Assembly (NCBI GenBank): GCA_028819345.1
Contig: JAPPLW010000103.1
Location: 98,424 to 162,423 of the forward strand
From: a bacterium
GTDB lineage: Bacteria > Actinomycetota > Acidimicrobiia > Spongiisociales > ZC4RG35
Direction: 5' to 3'
Length of the DNA: 64,000 bases
This document shows, in pieces, positions 8,359-19,883 of the stretch. The notes beneath the pieces were generated by a model. The model did no database searches. It was not told the origin of the DNA and was given only the letters and a program-made list of their open reading frames with translations. Numbering within the stretch: position 1 is the stretch's first letter; every line of letters starts with the position of its first letter. Made by a program: the position numbers and the translations under genes.

Positions 8359-8700
8359 ATGGGGACCGGCTTGTTGGCGTTGGTGATAGCCCAGGCGGCG
8401 TTGTTGCTGGCCTCGATGTTGGGTGACTACGCCCGGTTTGTGCAGTACACGGACATCGTGCGGGAGCGGGCGGAACGAGTCGCAGCCGACCTGGCTGAGG
8501 ACTGTGTGGTGGCTGGGAACGATTGCACCGCCGATGACCGGGTGTGCGTGACCGCCGATGGGAAAATGAGAGTTACGGTCTCCCACGAGTGGGAACCGCA
8601 GCTGTGGGTGGGGTTGTCACCAGTGCAAGCCGCGCACGAGAGGTCGTTCGCGACGGCCGCTGTCATTGACCTGGGGATGGTGTTCACGCCATGCGTTTGA
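8359..8700 (+). CDS. TadE-like (Rv3654c-type) small protein
   Basis: N-terminal hydrophobic helix (LLALVIAQAALLLASML). 113 aa. It is the last gene of the operon, followed by the convergent ligA. Confidence 0.45.
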   Translation: MGTGLLALVIAQAALLLASMLGDYARFVQYTDIVRERAERVAADLAEDCVVAGNDCTADDRVCVTADGKMRVTVSHEWEPQLWVGLSPVQAAHERSFATAAVIDLGMVFTPCV

Positions 8701-8744
8701 TGTACAGGCAGCGGGGATACCCTGGTTTGTCGGGCGGATAGCGT

Positions 8745-11850
<3,106 letters not shown>

Positions 11851-11854
<4 letters not shown>

Positions 11855-12984
11855 AACAGGCCCTCCAGGGCACGGAGGGTGAGTTTGGCGGCGAGGTCTC
11901 CATCGGAGGGTTGGGTGGTCCATCCGAAGGAGAACCGCACGCTGGAGCGAGCCTCGGGATCGGACATCCCCATGGCTGACAGCACGTGGGAGACCTGGGC
12001 CGCGCCGGATTGGCAGGACGATCCTGCCGAGGCCGCCAGACCCAGGCGGTCGAGGCGGACCAGCAGGGTCTGGTTGGCCACTCCCCGAAACCGGAGATGG
12101 GAGTGCTGGACGGTCCGGGCGTGTCGGGAAGTGATCGCCAGGCCGGGCACCTGCTTCAAGAGCGCTCCTTCGAACCTCCGCCGGGCCTCGCCCACATCCC
12201 GTCGAAAGCGTTCCCGGTCCGAAGCGGCCAACTCCATTGCCCGAGCCATCCCCACCGCTCCCAACACATGATGGGTTCCCGACCGGCGGCCCAGCTCCTG
12301 TCCACCGCCGTGGACCACCGGCTCGAGTGCAACCCCTTCCCGGACGTACAACACCCCCACGCCGGTCGGGCCGCCGAACTTATGGGCAGCCAATGACATC
12401 AAGTCCACTCCCAGGTCTTCCACTTTGAGTTCCTCGGAGATGAAGGCCTGCACCGCATCGGTGTGCACCAGCGCCCTACACCTGGGGCGGTCTCTCACTG
12501 CCTCGGTAATCTTTCGGACCGGCTGGCGAGCGCCGGTCTCGTTGTTGACCGCCATCACCGAGACGACTGCCGTTTGGGGCGTGACGGCCGCGGCCACCTC
12601 GGAGGGATCCACCAGACCGTCTCGGTCCACCCCCACCCCGGTCACCGGACAACCCCAGTCCTCGAGGAAGCGGACCGGACCGAGCACCGCCTCGTGCTCG
12701 ACCGCGGAGGTGACCACTCCTCCGAGCCCTCCCCCCGCCAGGGCCGCTCCCTTCACGGCGAGGTTGTCGGACTCGGTGCCGCCGCCGGTGAACACCACCT
12801 CCAGGGGGCGGCATCCCAGCACGGCCGCCACCCTCTCCCGCGCCTCCTCCAAGGCGTTCTTGGCGGCGCGGGCCGCGGCGTGAAACCCGGTGGGATTACC
12901 CCATCCGCGGTCCGCCAACGCAGAGATCTCCTCCCATACCCGGGGACGGATCGGGGTGGTGGCGGCGTGGTCGAGATACAGCAT
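11851..12984 (-). CDS. iscS: Cysteine desulfurase (class V aminotransferase, IscS/NifS-like)
   Basis: N-terminus MLYLDHAATTP. PLP-lysine motif SLAAHKFGGPTGVG. Active-site loop SAGSSCQSG. It sits directly upstream of mnmA. Confidence 0.9.
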
Positions 12985-13141
12985 TGAAACCTGTGTACCT
13001 CAAATTACCGGCCCCTTCGACCCAAGCTTGCAAAGTTGCCGGTCAAGGCCCTGCTCGAGTGATCGGGTGAGACGTGTGGAACAAACCTCGCCTCGCGGTT
13101 CGTTAAGGGTGATACAGGGATTCTTTATAATCGGAGTTGTC

Positions 13142-13375
13142 GTGAGAACTTTCCAGACAGACACCTTCCGGGTTGAGGGCATGACCTGCGGCGCCTGCGT
13201 AGCGCATGTGGAGAAGGCCCTTCTTGATAGGGAGGAGGTCAAGAAGGCCAAGGTCAACTTGAAGGCGGCCAGCGTCAAGGTGACTTTTGCCCGAGGGACC
13301 GACGTCGCCTCCCTGTACGACGAGATACGGAACATCGGATACGAGATGGGGCCGCTGGCGCCCAAAGTCACCTAG
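13142..13375 (+). CDS. copZ: Copper chaperone, heavy-metal-associated (HMA) domain protein
   Basis: GMTCGACV metal-binding motif in a 77-aa ferredoxin-like domain. GTG start at 13142. It sits directly upstream of the P-type ATPase. Confidence 0.85.
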   Translation: MRTFQTDTFRVEGMTCGACVAHVEKALLDREEVKKAKVNLKAASVKVTFARGTDVASLYDEIRNIGYEMGPLAPKVT

Positions 13376-13601
13376 CACCGGATCCGCCTTGACGACTCTC
13401 CAGACCGACGATTTTGCTGTTGATGGCATGACCTGCGCGTCCTGCGCGGGCCGGGTGGAGCGTGCTCTTCTCGGGAGGGAGGACGTCGCCGAGGCTCGGG
13501 TAAACCTGATGGCCGCCAAAGTGAGGGTTACCTTCGCTTCCGAGACCGACGTCGCCTCGCTGTTCGAGGAGATACGGAACATCGGATACGACATGGGGCC
13601 T
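13301..13601 (+). repeat. Near-identical 54-nt segment shared by copZ and the copA N-terminal HMA domain
   Basis: 13301-13354 (GACGTCGCCTCCCTGTACGACGAGATACGGAACATCGGATACGAGATGGGGCCG) versus 13548-13601 (GACGTCGCCTCGCTGTTCGAGGAGATACGGAACATCGGATACGACATGGGGCCT). I count about 5 mismatches. Confidence 0.85.
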
Positions 13602-15557
13602 ATCACGCCCGAAGCCACAGAGGCCGGCGGCGACGGTCCCTTTGCCCAGGAGTCCCGGCGGCAGTGGCGCAACTTCGTGGCTGCTGCGGTTCTTGCAGCG
13701 CCTTTGATGGGCATTTCGATGCTGGCTCCCCACGAACCTTTGTGGCTGGCGATCCAATGGGTGTTGGCGGGGATGGTGGTGTTCGTTTGGGGCCGGCAGT
13801 TTCACCAGATCGCCTTCCAACGGGCGCGCGGTGGTCAAGCCAACATGGACACACTGATCTCCCTGGGGTCTCTGACCGCGTTCATCTACTCGACTTGGGC
13901 CGCCTTCAACAGCCAGGCCGTGTATTTCGAGACAGCAGGGATGATCGTCACCTTGATCCTTTTGGGGCGCTATCTCGAAGCCAGGGCCAAGGGCCGAGCG
14001 TCGCAGGCTGTGGCAAAGTTGCTGGAACTCGGGTTCAGCGACTCGGTGCGAGTGATCCGAGACTCCGTGGAAGAAGACATCGCCCAGGAGGAGTTGGAGG
14101 TTGGGGATCTGGTAGTGGTGTTGGCGGGTGAGAAGATACCGGCCGACGGTGTTGTCACCCATGGGTATTCCACGGTGGACGAGTCGATGCTGACCGGGGA
14201 GTCGCTGCCGGCGGAGCGACTCGAGGGAGATGCGGTTTACTGCGGGACTGTGAACCTGACAGGGAGGTTGGTGTTCGAAGTGGAACAGGTTGGGGCCGAC
14301 ACGGCGCTCTCTCGGATCGTCGAAATGGTCGAGGAGGTGCAATCTTCAAAACCTCCCATCCAGAGGCTGGCCGACCGGGTCTCGTCGGTGTTCGTGCCCG
14401 TGGTGATCCTCTTGGCGATCGCCACCTTTGTGGGCTGGCTGGCAGGGGGGGCGGAGTTGTGGGAAGCCATCCAAAACGGGGTTGCGGTGTTGATAATCGC
14501 CTGTCCGTGCGCTCTGGGTCTGGCCACGCCCACCGCCATTATGGCTGGGAGCGGCCGAGGCGCTGAGTTGGGTGTCCTGTTCAAGAACTCGGAGGTATTC
14601 GAGCGGACCCGTGAGGTGGACACCATGGTCTTTGATAAGACCGGCACCCTTACCGAGGGGAGGATGACCCTCACCGATGTACGCGCAGATGACCCGGACG
14701 TCTTCCTGCACCTGGTGGGTTCCGTGGAGGGAGGAAGTTCCCATCCCATCGGTCAAGCGGTGGCTACGGGAGCACAGGATCGGGGAGTCGGGCCCACGAT
14801 GCCCGAGCAGGTGGAGGAGGTGGCCGGCCGGGGAGTCTGGGGACGGGTCGACGGTGTGGAGGTGTGGGTGGGCAAGCCCGGGTTCCTGGCCGATGCGGGT
14901 TTGAAGTCGGATTCCGCGTGGCGAGAGGCCATCAAAGAACTGGAAGCCGAGGCCAAAACCGTTTTCCTGGCGGGCTGGGAAGGCGAAGTTCGCGGCGTCT
15001 TGGCTGTGTCTGACTCTCCGCGCCCAACTGCCGCTGCGGCTCTTTCCCGCCTGAGGAAGATGGGCATAACGTTGGCCCTCCTAACGGGGGACAACCTGGG
15101 GTCAGCCTCCGTGATGGGTCGCCGGTTGGGGATCGATCAAGTCAAAGCCGACGTACTTCCCGCCGAAAAAGCCGAGGAGATCGCCCGGTTCAAGCGAGAG
15201 GGAGCGGTGGTGGGCTTCGTAGGCGACGGGATAAACGACGCGGTGGCGTTGGCCGCGGCCGACCTGGGGATCGCCATCGGCACCGGGACCGATGTGGCGG
15301 TTGAAGCGGGCGACATAGTGCTGATGAGCGGGGACCCCTTGGGTGTTCCTACTTCGCTGGCCCTTGCTCGGGGCACCTATCGGGTCATCGTCGCCAACCT
15401 GGTCTGGGCGTTCGGTTACAACGTAGCCGCCATTCCCCTGGCCGTCGCCGGAGTGCTCAATCCGATGGTGGCCGCCGCAGCAATGGCATTTTCCAGCGTT
15501 TCGGTGGTGACCAACTCCCTCAGGCTGCGTCGCTTCAAAGCGCCTACTGCACCCTGA
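13389..15557 (+). CDS. copA: Copper-translocating P1B-type ATPase
   Basis: N-terminal HMA domain ([11 protein letters not shown]). CPC transmembrane metal site ([13 protein letters not shown]). DKTGTLT phosphorylation motif. GDGINDA hinge. I chose the TTG at 13389 as the start; the ORF is open from 13287. Confidence 0.92.
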   Translation: MTTLQTDDFAVDGMTCASCAGRVERALLGREDVAEARVNLMAAKVRVTFASETDVASLFEEIRNIGYDMGPITPEATEAGGDGPFAQESRRQWRNFVAAAVLAAPLMGISMLAPHEPLWLAIQWVLAGMVVFVWGRQFHQIAFQRARGGQANMDTLISLGSLTAFIYSTWAAFNSQAVYFETAGMIVTLILLGRYLEARAKGRASQAVAKLLELGFSDSVRVIRDSVEEDIAQEELEVGDLVVVLAGEKIPADGVVTHGYSTVDESMLTGESLPAERLEGDAVYCGTVNLTGRLVFEVEQVGADTALSRIVEMVEEVQSSKPPIQRLADRVSSVFVPVVILLAIATFVGWLAGGAELWEAIQNGVAVLIIACPCALGLATPTAIMAGSGRGAELGVLFKNSEVFERTREVDTMVFDKTGTLTEGRMTLTDVRADDPDVFLHLVGSVEGGSSHPIGQAVATGAQDRGVGPTMPEQVEEVAGRGVWGRVDGVEVWVGKPGFLADAGLKSDSAWREAIKELEAEAKTVFLAGWEGEVRGVLAVSDSPRPTAAAALSRLRKMGITLALLTGDNLGSASVMGRRLGIDQVKADVLPAEKAEEIARFKREGAVVGFVGDGINDAVALAAADLGIAIGTGTDVAVEAGDIVLMSGDPLGVPTSLALARGTYRVIVANLVWAFGYNVAAIPLAVAGVLNPMVAAAAMAFSSVSVVTNSLRLRRFKAPTAP

Positions 15558-15939
15558 AAGTCCAGGTGAACTGCCCGACGTCGGGCAGGCCGTAGATCTT
15601 CTCCCACTCCACCCGGATGGTGTGCTCGCCCACCGCCCACCGCTCGGCGATGAGGCTCCGGCTGCCGGGCCTCCACCGGTAGACCCCCACACCCTCCTGG
15701 AAGGACAGTTCCGACTCGGGGATCGGGTACCCGTCCACATAGATGCGTGCCTCGTAGCCCACTTGCAGGTCGATTTCCAAGCCGCTCTGGGGCAGAACAG
15801 CGTCGTAGGGGTTGGGACTAACCCTCTCCAGCGGATCGGGCAGGGTAAGCGGATCCCCGCCCCGTCCGAAGACGAAACAGATGGACAGGGTTGCCACGGC
15901 CAGGAGTCCCAGCCCCAGATAAATCAGCCTGTAGCGCAC
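15544..15939 (-). CDS. Membrane-anchored hypothetical protein (small beta-sandwich, possibly CopC-like)
   Basis: N-terminal TM helix ([20 protein letters not shown]) plus a domain of about 100 aa ending [12 protein letters not shown]...FTWTFRVQ. Convergent with copA, overlapping its last 14 nt. Confidence 0.55.
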   Translation of the reverse strand: MRYRLIYLGLGLLAVATLSICFVFGRGGDPLTLPDPLERVSPNPYDAVLPQSGLEIDLQVGYEARIYVDGYPIPESELSFQEGVGVYRWRPGSRSLIAERWAVGEHTIRVEWEKIYGLPDVGQFTWTFRVQ

Positions 15940-16094
15940 GCGGAGTCATTGTACGCCTCCAAGGGATCCGCTAACAGACGGGATGATTTGGCTCCTTACC
16001 CGCGCTGATGCAACTTTCTTCGGTATTACAGTCGAACGGCCCCTCCGTGATCTCGTTGTCTTTGCTCGATTGAGCAACGGCAACCTGCCACCCT

Positions 16095-16157
16095 TCCTAA
16101 AGTGGATTGCGTTGGATTCCTAGAATGTACTGTGTTTTGGTCCTAAAGTGTCCTATA
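16095..16157. promoter_or_regulatory. Phased TCCTAnA repeats in an AT-rich intergenic region
   Basis: TCCTA occurs at 16095, 16118, 16141 and 16151. The first three are exactly 23 bp apart. TCCTAAAGTG is repeated verbatim at 16095 and 16141. The repeats lie 70-135 nt upstream of the AAA ATPase gene. Confidence 0.4.
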
Positions 16158-16228
16158 TTTGGTTTCCGGAATGGATTTCGTCCTGACTGGCCTCCCGCAT
16201 TTTTCTATTCCCGTGACCCTGGAGGGTC

Positions 16229-17521
16229 ATGGTGGCTGAGGATCTTGGAACCATGACCCTGACGATGCCCGGCTATCTTTCCCGCGTTGCCGAGCGAGCA
16301 ATCGAGGGTGCGCTGCAGCGTCGGGGCGGTGTTCTTATCGAGGGTTCGCGGGGGTGTGGGAAGACTTGGGCGGCGCGCCGCTTTGCACGAAGCGAAGTTC
16401 GCCTGGATGACCCGGCCACGCTTCTACTGGCCAATGCCGATCCGCATACTCTTCTGAAGGGGGTCACTCCGCGGCTGCTTGACGAATGGCAGAATGCGCC
16501 TTCACTTTGGAACCTGGTGCGCCGGGAGTGTGATGACCGGATCCGACCCGGGCAGTTCATCCTTACCGGTTCGGCGTCTCCTCAAGATGACACCACCCGT
16601 CACACAGGAGTGGGCCGAATCAGCCGGGTGTTGATGCGGCCCATGTCGCTCTTCGAGATGGGGTACTCCTCCGGATCCGTCTCGCTGAGTTCTCTTTTCG
16701 AGGGCCGTACTGCCTCGGCCTTGCCCTGTACCGATGTGGGGCTGCGGGACATCGCAGCGTTCACCTGTGTGGGAGGGTGGCCGGGAAGTCTCTACCTGGA
16801 TGAAGAGCAGGCCCGTCTGGCCGTGGGTGACTATCTGAATGAGATCGTTCGGTTAGACATACCTTTGGTGAGCGGAATCCAGCACCACCCGGCCACGGTC
16901 AGGCGCCTGTTGCGATCCCTGGCAAGGCATGTGGCCACCGAGGCAAAGGTGGCCAGGTTGGCTTCGGACGCGGGCGGTGATCGCCCGCTCGGCCGTCACA
17001 CGGTGACAGCCTACCTGGACGCATTAGATCGAATATTCGTTGTGGAAGACCAGCCCGCTTGGTCGGTAGGGCTGCGATCGCAGGCGACTCTGCGCAAAGC
17101 TCCCAAGCGGCACTTTGTGGATCCGTCGCTGGCGGCTTCCATGCTCCGGGCATCCCCGGAGCGGTTGCTCGCCGACCCCCGGACTTTTGGGTTCTTATTC
17201 GAGTCTCTGGTGGTCCGCGATCTCCGTGTGTACAGCCAACCTGAAAGGGCTGAGGTGTTTCACTATCGAGACGAAACGGGCTTGGAGATCGATGCCATCA
17301 TCGAGCGAGAAGACGGTGGTTGGATTGCCGTGGAGGTCAAGCTCAGCCCTGCCCCGGAGGTGGTGGACCGGGCGGCCCGGTCCCTGCTGCGTTTGCGCAA
17401 GAAGGTGGCCAAAGGCCGGGCTGGCGAATTGGCCACCCTGATGGTGGTGACCTCCACCGGCCCCGCCTACCGCCGCCCGGACGGCGTCCAGGTTACGCCC
17501 ATCACGGCATTAGGTCCGTAG
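16229..17521 (+). CDS. AAA-family ATP-binding protein (AAA_14 + DUF4143 architecture)
   Basis: Walker A GSRGCGKTW. LLDEWQNAP and FILTGSASP blocks typical of the DUF4143 ATPase family. C-terminal restriction-endonuclease-like EIDAIIERED..VAVEVK segment. More A/T-ending codons than neighbouring genes. Confidence 0.8.
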   Translation: MVAEDLGTMTLTMPGYLSRVAERAIEGALQRRGGVLIEGSRGCGKTWAARRFARSEVRLDDPATLLLANADPHTLLKGVTPRLLDEWQNAPSLWNLVRRECDDRIRPGQFILTGSASPQDDTTRHTGVGRISRVLMRPMSLFEMGYSSGSVSLSSLFEGRTASALPCTDVGLRDIAAFTCVGGWPGSLYLDEEQARLAVGDYLNEIVRLDIPLVSGIQHHPATVRRLLRSLARHVATEAKVARLASDAGGDRPLGRHTVTAYLDALDRIFVVEDQPAWSVGLRSQATLRKAPKRHFVDPSLAASMLRASPERLLADPRTFGFLFESLVVRDLRVYSQPERAEVFHYRDETGLEIDAIIEREDGGWIAVEVKLSPAPEVVDRAARSLLRLRKKVAKGRAGELATLMVVTSTGPAYRRPDGVQVTPITALGP

Positions 17522-17526
17522 CAGCC

Positions 17527-17583
17527 TCAGTTGGAGCACCTGGTACGAAGGCAAAAGCCGAACCTGGTGTCGAGGAGGTACAT
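17527..17583 (-). pseudogene. Truncated vapC (PIN toxin) remnant, 18 codons
   Basis: The ATG overlaps the antitoxin stop by 1 nt (TGATG). It encodes MYLLDTRFGFCLRTRCSN-stop. MYLLDT is the canonical VapC PIN N-terminus, including the first catalytic Asp. No PIN-like continuation exists in any frame. Confidence 0.35.
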
Positions 17584-17846
17584 CAATCGGTTGAGACCAA
17601 TCGAAGCAAATCGTCCGGCCTGGAGATTTCCAAGTCGACATCGCCTGCGCCCGGAGTTCTGCACAGCAGGTCATTGAGCCGTGGCTGTCCTTTGGTGAGT
17701 TCTCGATAATGCTCGTAGCTCAACAGCACATGGGAGGGTCGGCCATGTTCGGTGATGTAAACGGGGCCGCTGTGGGCGGCTCTCTTGGCGGCGCCCGGCC
17801 TCCGGTTGAACTCCCGGCTACTAAGGACTAGTGCAGGCTTTGCCAC
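17583..17846 (-). CDS. Type II antitoxin, Phd/YefM family
   Basis: REFNRRPGAAKRAA..GPVYITEHGRPSHVLLSYEHYREL matches the Phd/YefM fold signature. The C-terminal DVDLEISRPDDL tail is typical of VapB-like partners of PIN toxins. Confidence 0.8.
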   Translation of the reverse strand: MAKPALVLSSREFNRRPGAAKRAAHSGPVYITEHGRPSHVLLSYEHYRELTKGQPRLNDLLCRTPGAGDVDLEISRPDDLLRLVSTD

Positions 17847-17940
17847 CTATAACCTCCGCCATGCGTAGTGCTATGTTGTCCCCCACGTCGCCGTAGCGAA
17901 TGCTCAATGGGGACATTCTTTATGCCGTTAGGAGGCTACC

Positions 17941-19095
17941 GTGATGGGGATGCGGATCAACCCGGTGTTGCAGGAGATGGGCGCCTATCCCATCGCTGCT
18001 ATCCAGAACCGGGCCCGGGAGATGCGGGATAAAGGGGAGAGGCTCATCGACTTCTCCATCGGCGATCCCCGGGAGCCCACCCCGTCCTTCATTCCGGAGG
18101 CCCTTCACCGGGCCGTCCCCGAGGTATCGCAGTATCCGACCACCCGCGGCCTTCGGGAACTGAGAGAGGCGATCGCCGGCTATGTGCAGCGCCGGTTCGG
18201 TCGGGAGGTCGATCCCGACACCCAGGTGCTTCCCGCCACCGGATCGAAGGAGGCGATCTTCTCCACGCCCTTTGCCTTTGTGGATTCCGGCCGGGGGGAT
18301 GTGGTGATCTGGCCCACTCCCGGTTATCCCATTTACGGCCGGGGAGCCCTCCTGGCCGGAGGGACCGGGCATCCCATCCCACTGGGAGGTGACTTCGTTT
18401 TCCGGGTCTCGGACGTGCCTGAAGACCTGTGGCCTCGCGCCCGGTTGTTGTGGACCAACTCGCCGCACAACCCGGCGGGCTCGGTCATGAGCCGCTCGGA
18501 GATCGAAGAGTTCTACCACCGGTGCCGGGAGTTCGAGGTGCTCCTGTGCGCTGACGACTGCTACGTGGACCTCTACGAGAACCAACCGCCGGCCTCGGTG
18601 CTGGAGGTGGCCGACTCTGACTTGACCGGGGTGATCAGCTACCTGAGCCTCTCCAAGCGCTCCGGGATGACCGGCTACCGGTCGGCGGCGATGGTGGGAG
18701 ACGCCCGGGCGATCAAGGCGCTGACCTCGTTGCGAACCTCCACCGGCACGGCTCCGCCCGAGTTCACCCAGATGGCCGCGGCGGCGGCCTGGGCGGACGA
18801 CGCCCACGTGGGGGAGAGGCGACGGATCTTCTCGGAGAAGCGGGCGATTCTCAGGGAGGTCTTCGCAGGGATGGGATACCGGGTAGCGGCGTCCGAAGCA
18901 GGGTTGTACCTGTGGGTGGAAGTGGGCGATGATGTGGAGATGACCGTGCGTCTGCTGGAACGCGGGGTGGTGGTCTCTCCCGGCCGGGTGTTCGGCGCCG
19001 GGGGAGAGGGTTATATAAGGTTGGCACTGGTACCCAGTCCCGAGGAGTGCAAACAAGCCGTGGAGGTATTGGAAGAATGTCTGACCAGGACCTGA
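17941..19095 (+). CDS. dapC: Succinyldiaminopimelate aminotransferase (class I PLP aminotransferase)
   Basis: PLP-lysine motif LSLSKRSGMTGYRSAAMVGD. SPHNPAG motif. Immediately followed by dapD and dapE. RBS AGGAGG lies upstream; the start is GTG 17941 or ATG 17944. Confidence 0.8.
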   Translation: MMGMRINPVLQEMGAYPIAAIQNRAREMRDKGERLIDFSIGDPREPTPSFIPEALHRAVPEVSQYPTTRGLRELREAIAGYVQRRFGREVDPDTQVLPATGSKEAIFSTPFAFVDSGRGDVVIWPTPGYPIYGRGALLAGGTGHPIPLGGDFVFRVSDVPEDLWPRARLLWTNSPHNPAGSVMSRSEIEEFYHRCREFEVLLCADDCYVDLYENQPPASVLEVADSDLTGVISYLSLSKRSGMTGYRSAAMVGDARAIKALTSLRTSTGTAPPEFTQMAAAAAWADDAHVGERRRIFSEKRAILREVFAGMGYRVAASEAGLYLWVEVGDDVEMTVRLLERGVVVSPGRVFGAGGEGYIRLALVPSPEECKQAVEVLEECLTRT

Positions 19096-19883
19096 TCAGA
19101 GCGGCCTTCGCCGGCGAGGTGGAGTTGGCCAAAGCACGAGATGCCGTTATGGAGACCATCGGGAGACTCGACAGGGGAGAGGTCCGCGTGGCCGAGAAGG
19201 CCGCCGGGGAGTGGCATGTCAACGAGTGGGTGAAGGAGGCCATCCTGGTGTACTTCCAACTCACCGGCATGGAGGAGATGGATGGGGGAGCGGTCGTCTG
19301 GCACGACAAGATACCCACCAAGCGCAACCTGGCCGAAGCGCAGGTGCGAGTGGTGCCTCCCGGGGTGGTGCGCTACGGCGCCTACTGCGAGCCGGGTGTG
19401 ATAGTCATGCCAGGGTACGTCAACATCGGAGCCTATGTGGGGAGCGGGACGATGGTGGACACCTGGGCCACGGTGGGGTCGTGCGCCCAGATCGGAAGAG
19501 GCGTCCACCTCTCGGGCGGGGTGGGGATCGGGGGAGTGCTGGAGCCGCCCGGCGCCCGTCCGGTGATCATCGAGGACGGGGCTTTCATCGGGAGCAGGTG
19601 CATCGTGGTGGAAGGGGTGGTCGTCCAGGAGGGCGCGGTGTTGGGCGCCAACACCACCATCACCGCCTCCACTCGAATCATCGACGTGCGGGGAGAGACG
19701 CCAACCGAGTACCGGGGGGTGGTGCCCGCCAACTCGGTGGTGATTCCGGGGATGCGCCCCCGGGATTTTCCTGCCGGGGAATATGGGATTCCCTGCGCCC
19801 TGATCATCGGGGAGCGGACGGCTTCCACCGACCGGAAGACCTCACTCAACGAAGCGCTGCGAACCTTCGGTGTGCAGGTGTGA
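19077..19883 (+). CDS. dapD: 2,3,4,5-tetrahydropyridine-2,6-dicarboxylate N-succinyltransferase
   Basis: GTMVDTWATVGSCAQIGRGVHLSGGVGIGGVLEPPGARPVIIEDGAFIGSR is near-identical to the conserved DapD hexapeptide-repeat core. The ATG at 19077 overlaps the dapC 3' end by 19 nt. Confidence 0.9.
   Translation: MSDQDLIRAAFAGEVELAKARDAVMETIGRLDRGEVRVAEKAAGEWHVNEWVKEAILVYFQLTGMEEMDGGAVVWHDKIPTKRNLAEAQVRVVPPGVVRYGAYCEPGVIVMPGYVNIGAYVGSGTMVDTWATVGSCAQIGRGVHLSGGVGIGGVLEPPGARPVIIEDGAFIGSRCIVVEGVVVQEGAVLGANTTITASTRIIDVRGETPTEYRGVVPANSVVIPGMRPRDFPAGEYGIPCALIIGERTASTDRKTSLNEALRTFGVQV

Noticed and set aside
12985-13141. Search for a CsoR or CopY operator upstream of copZ
   Set aside because: I could not find a convincing GC-rich CsoR-type inverted repeat or a TACAnnTGTA cop box by eye. 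Only a TATAAT-like hexamer was noted, so no operator is claimed.
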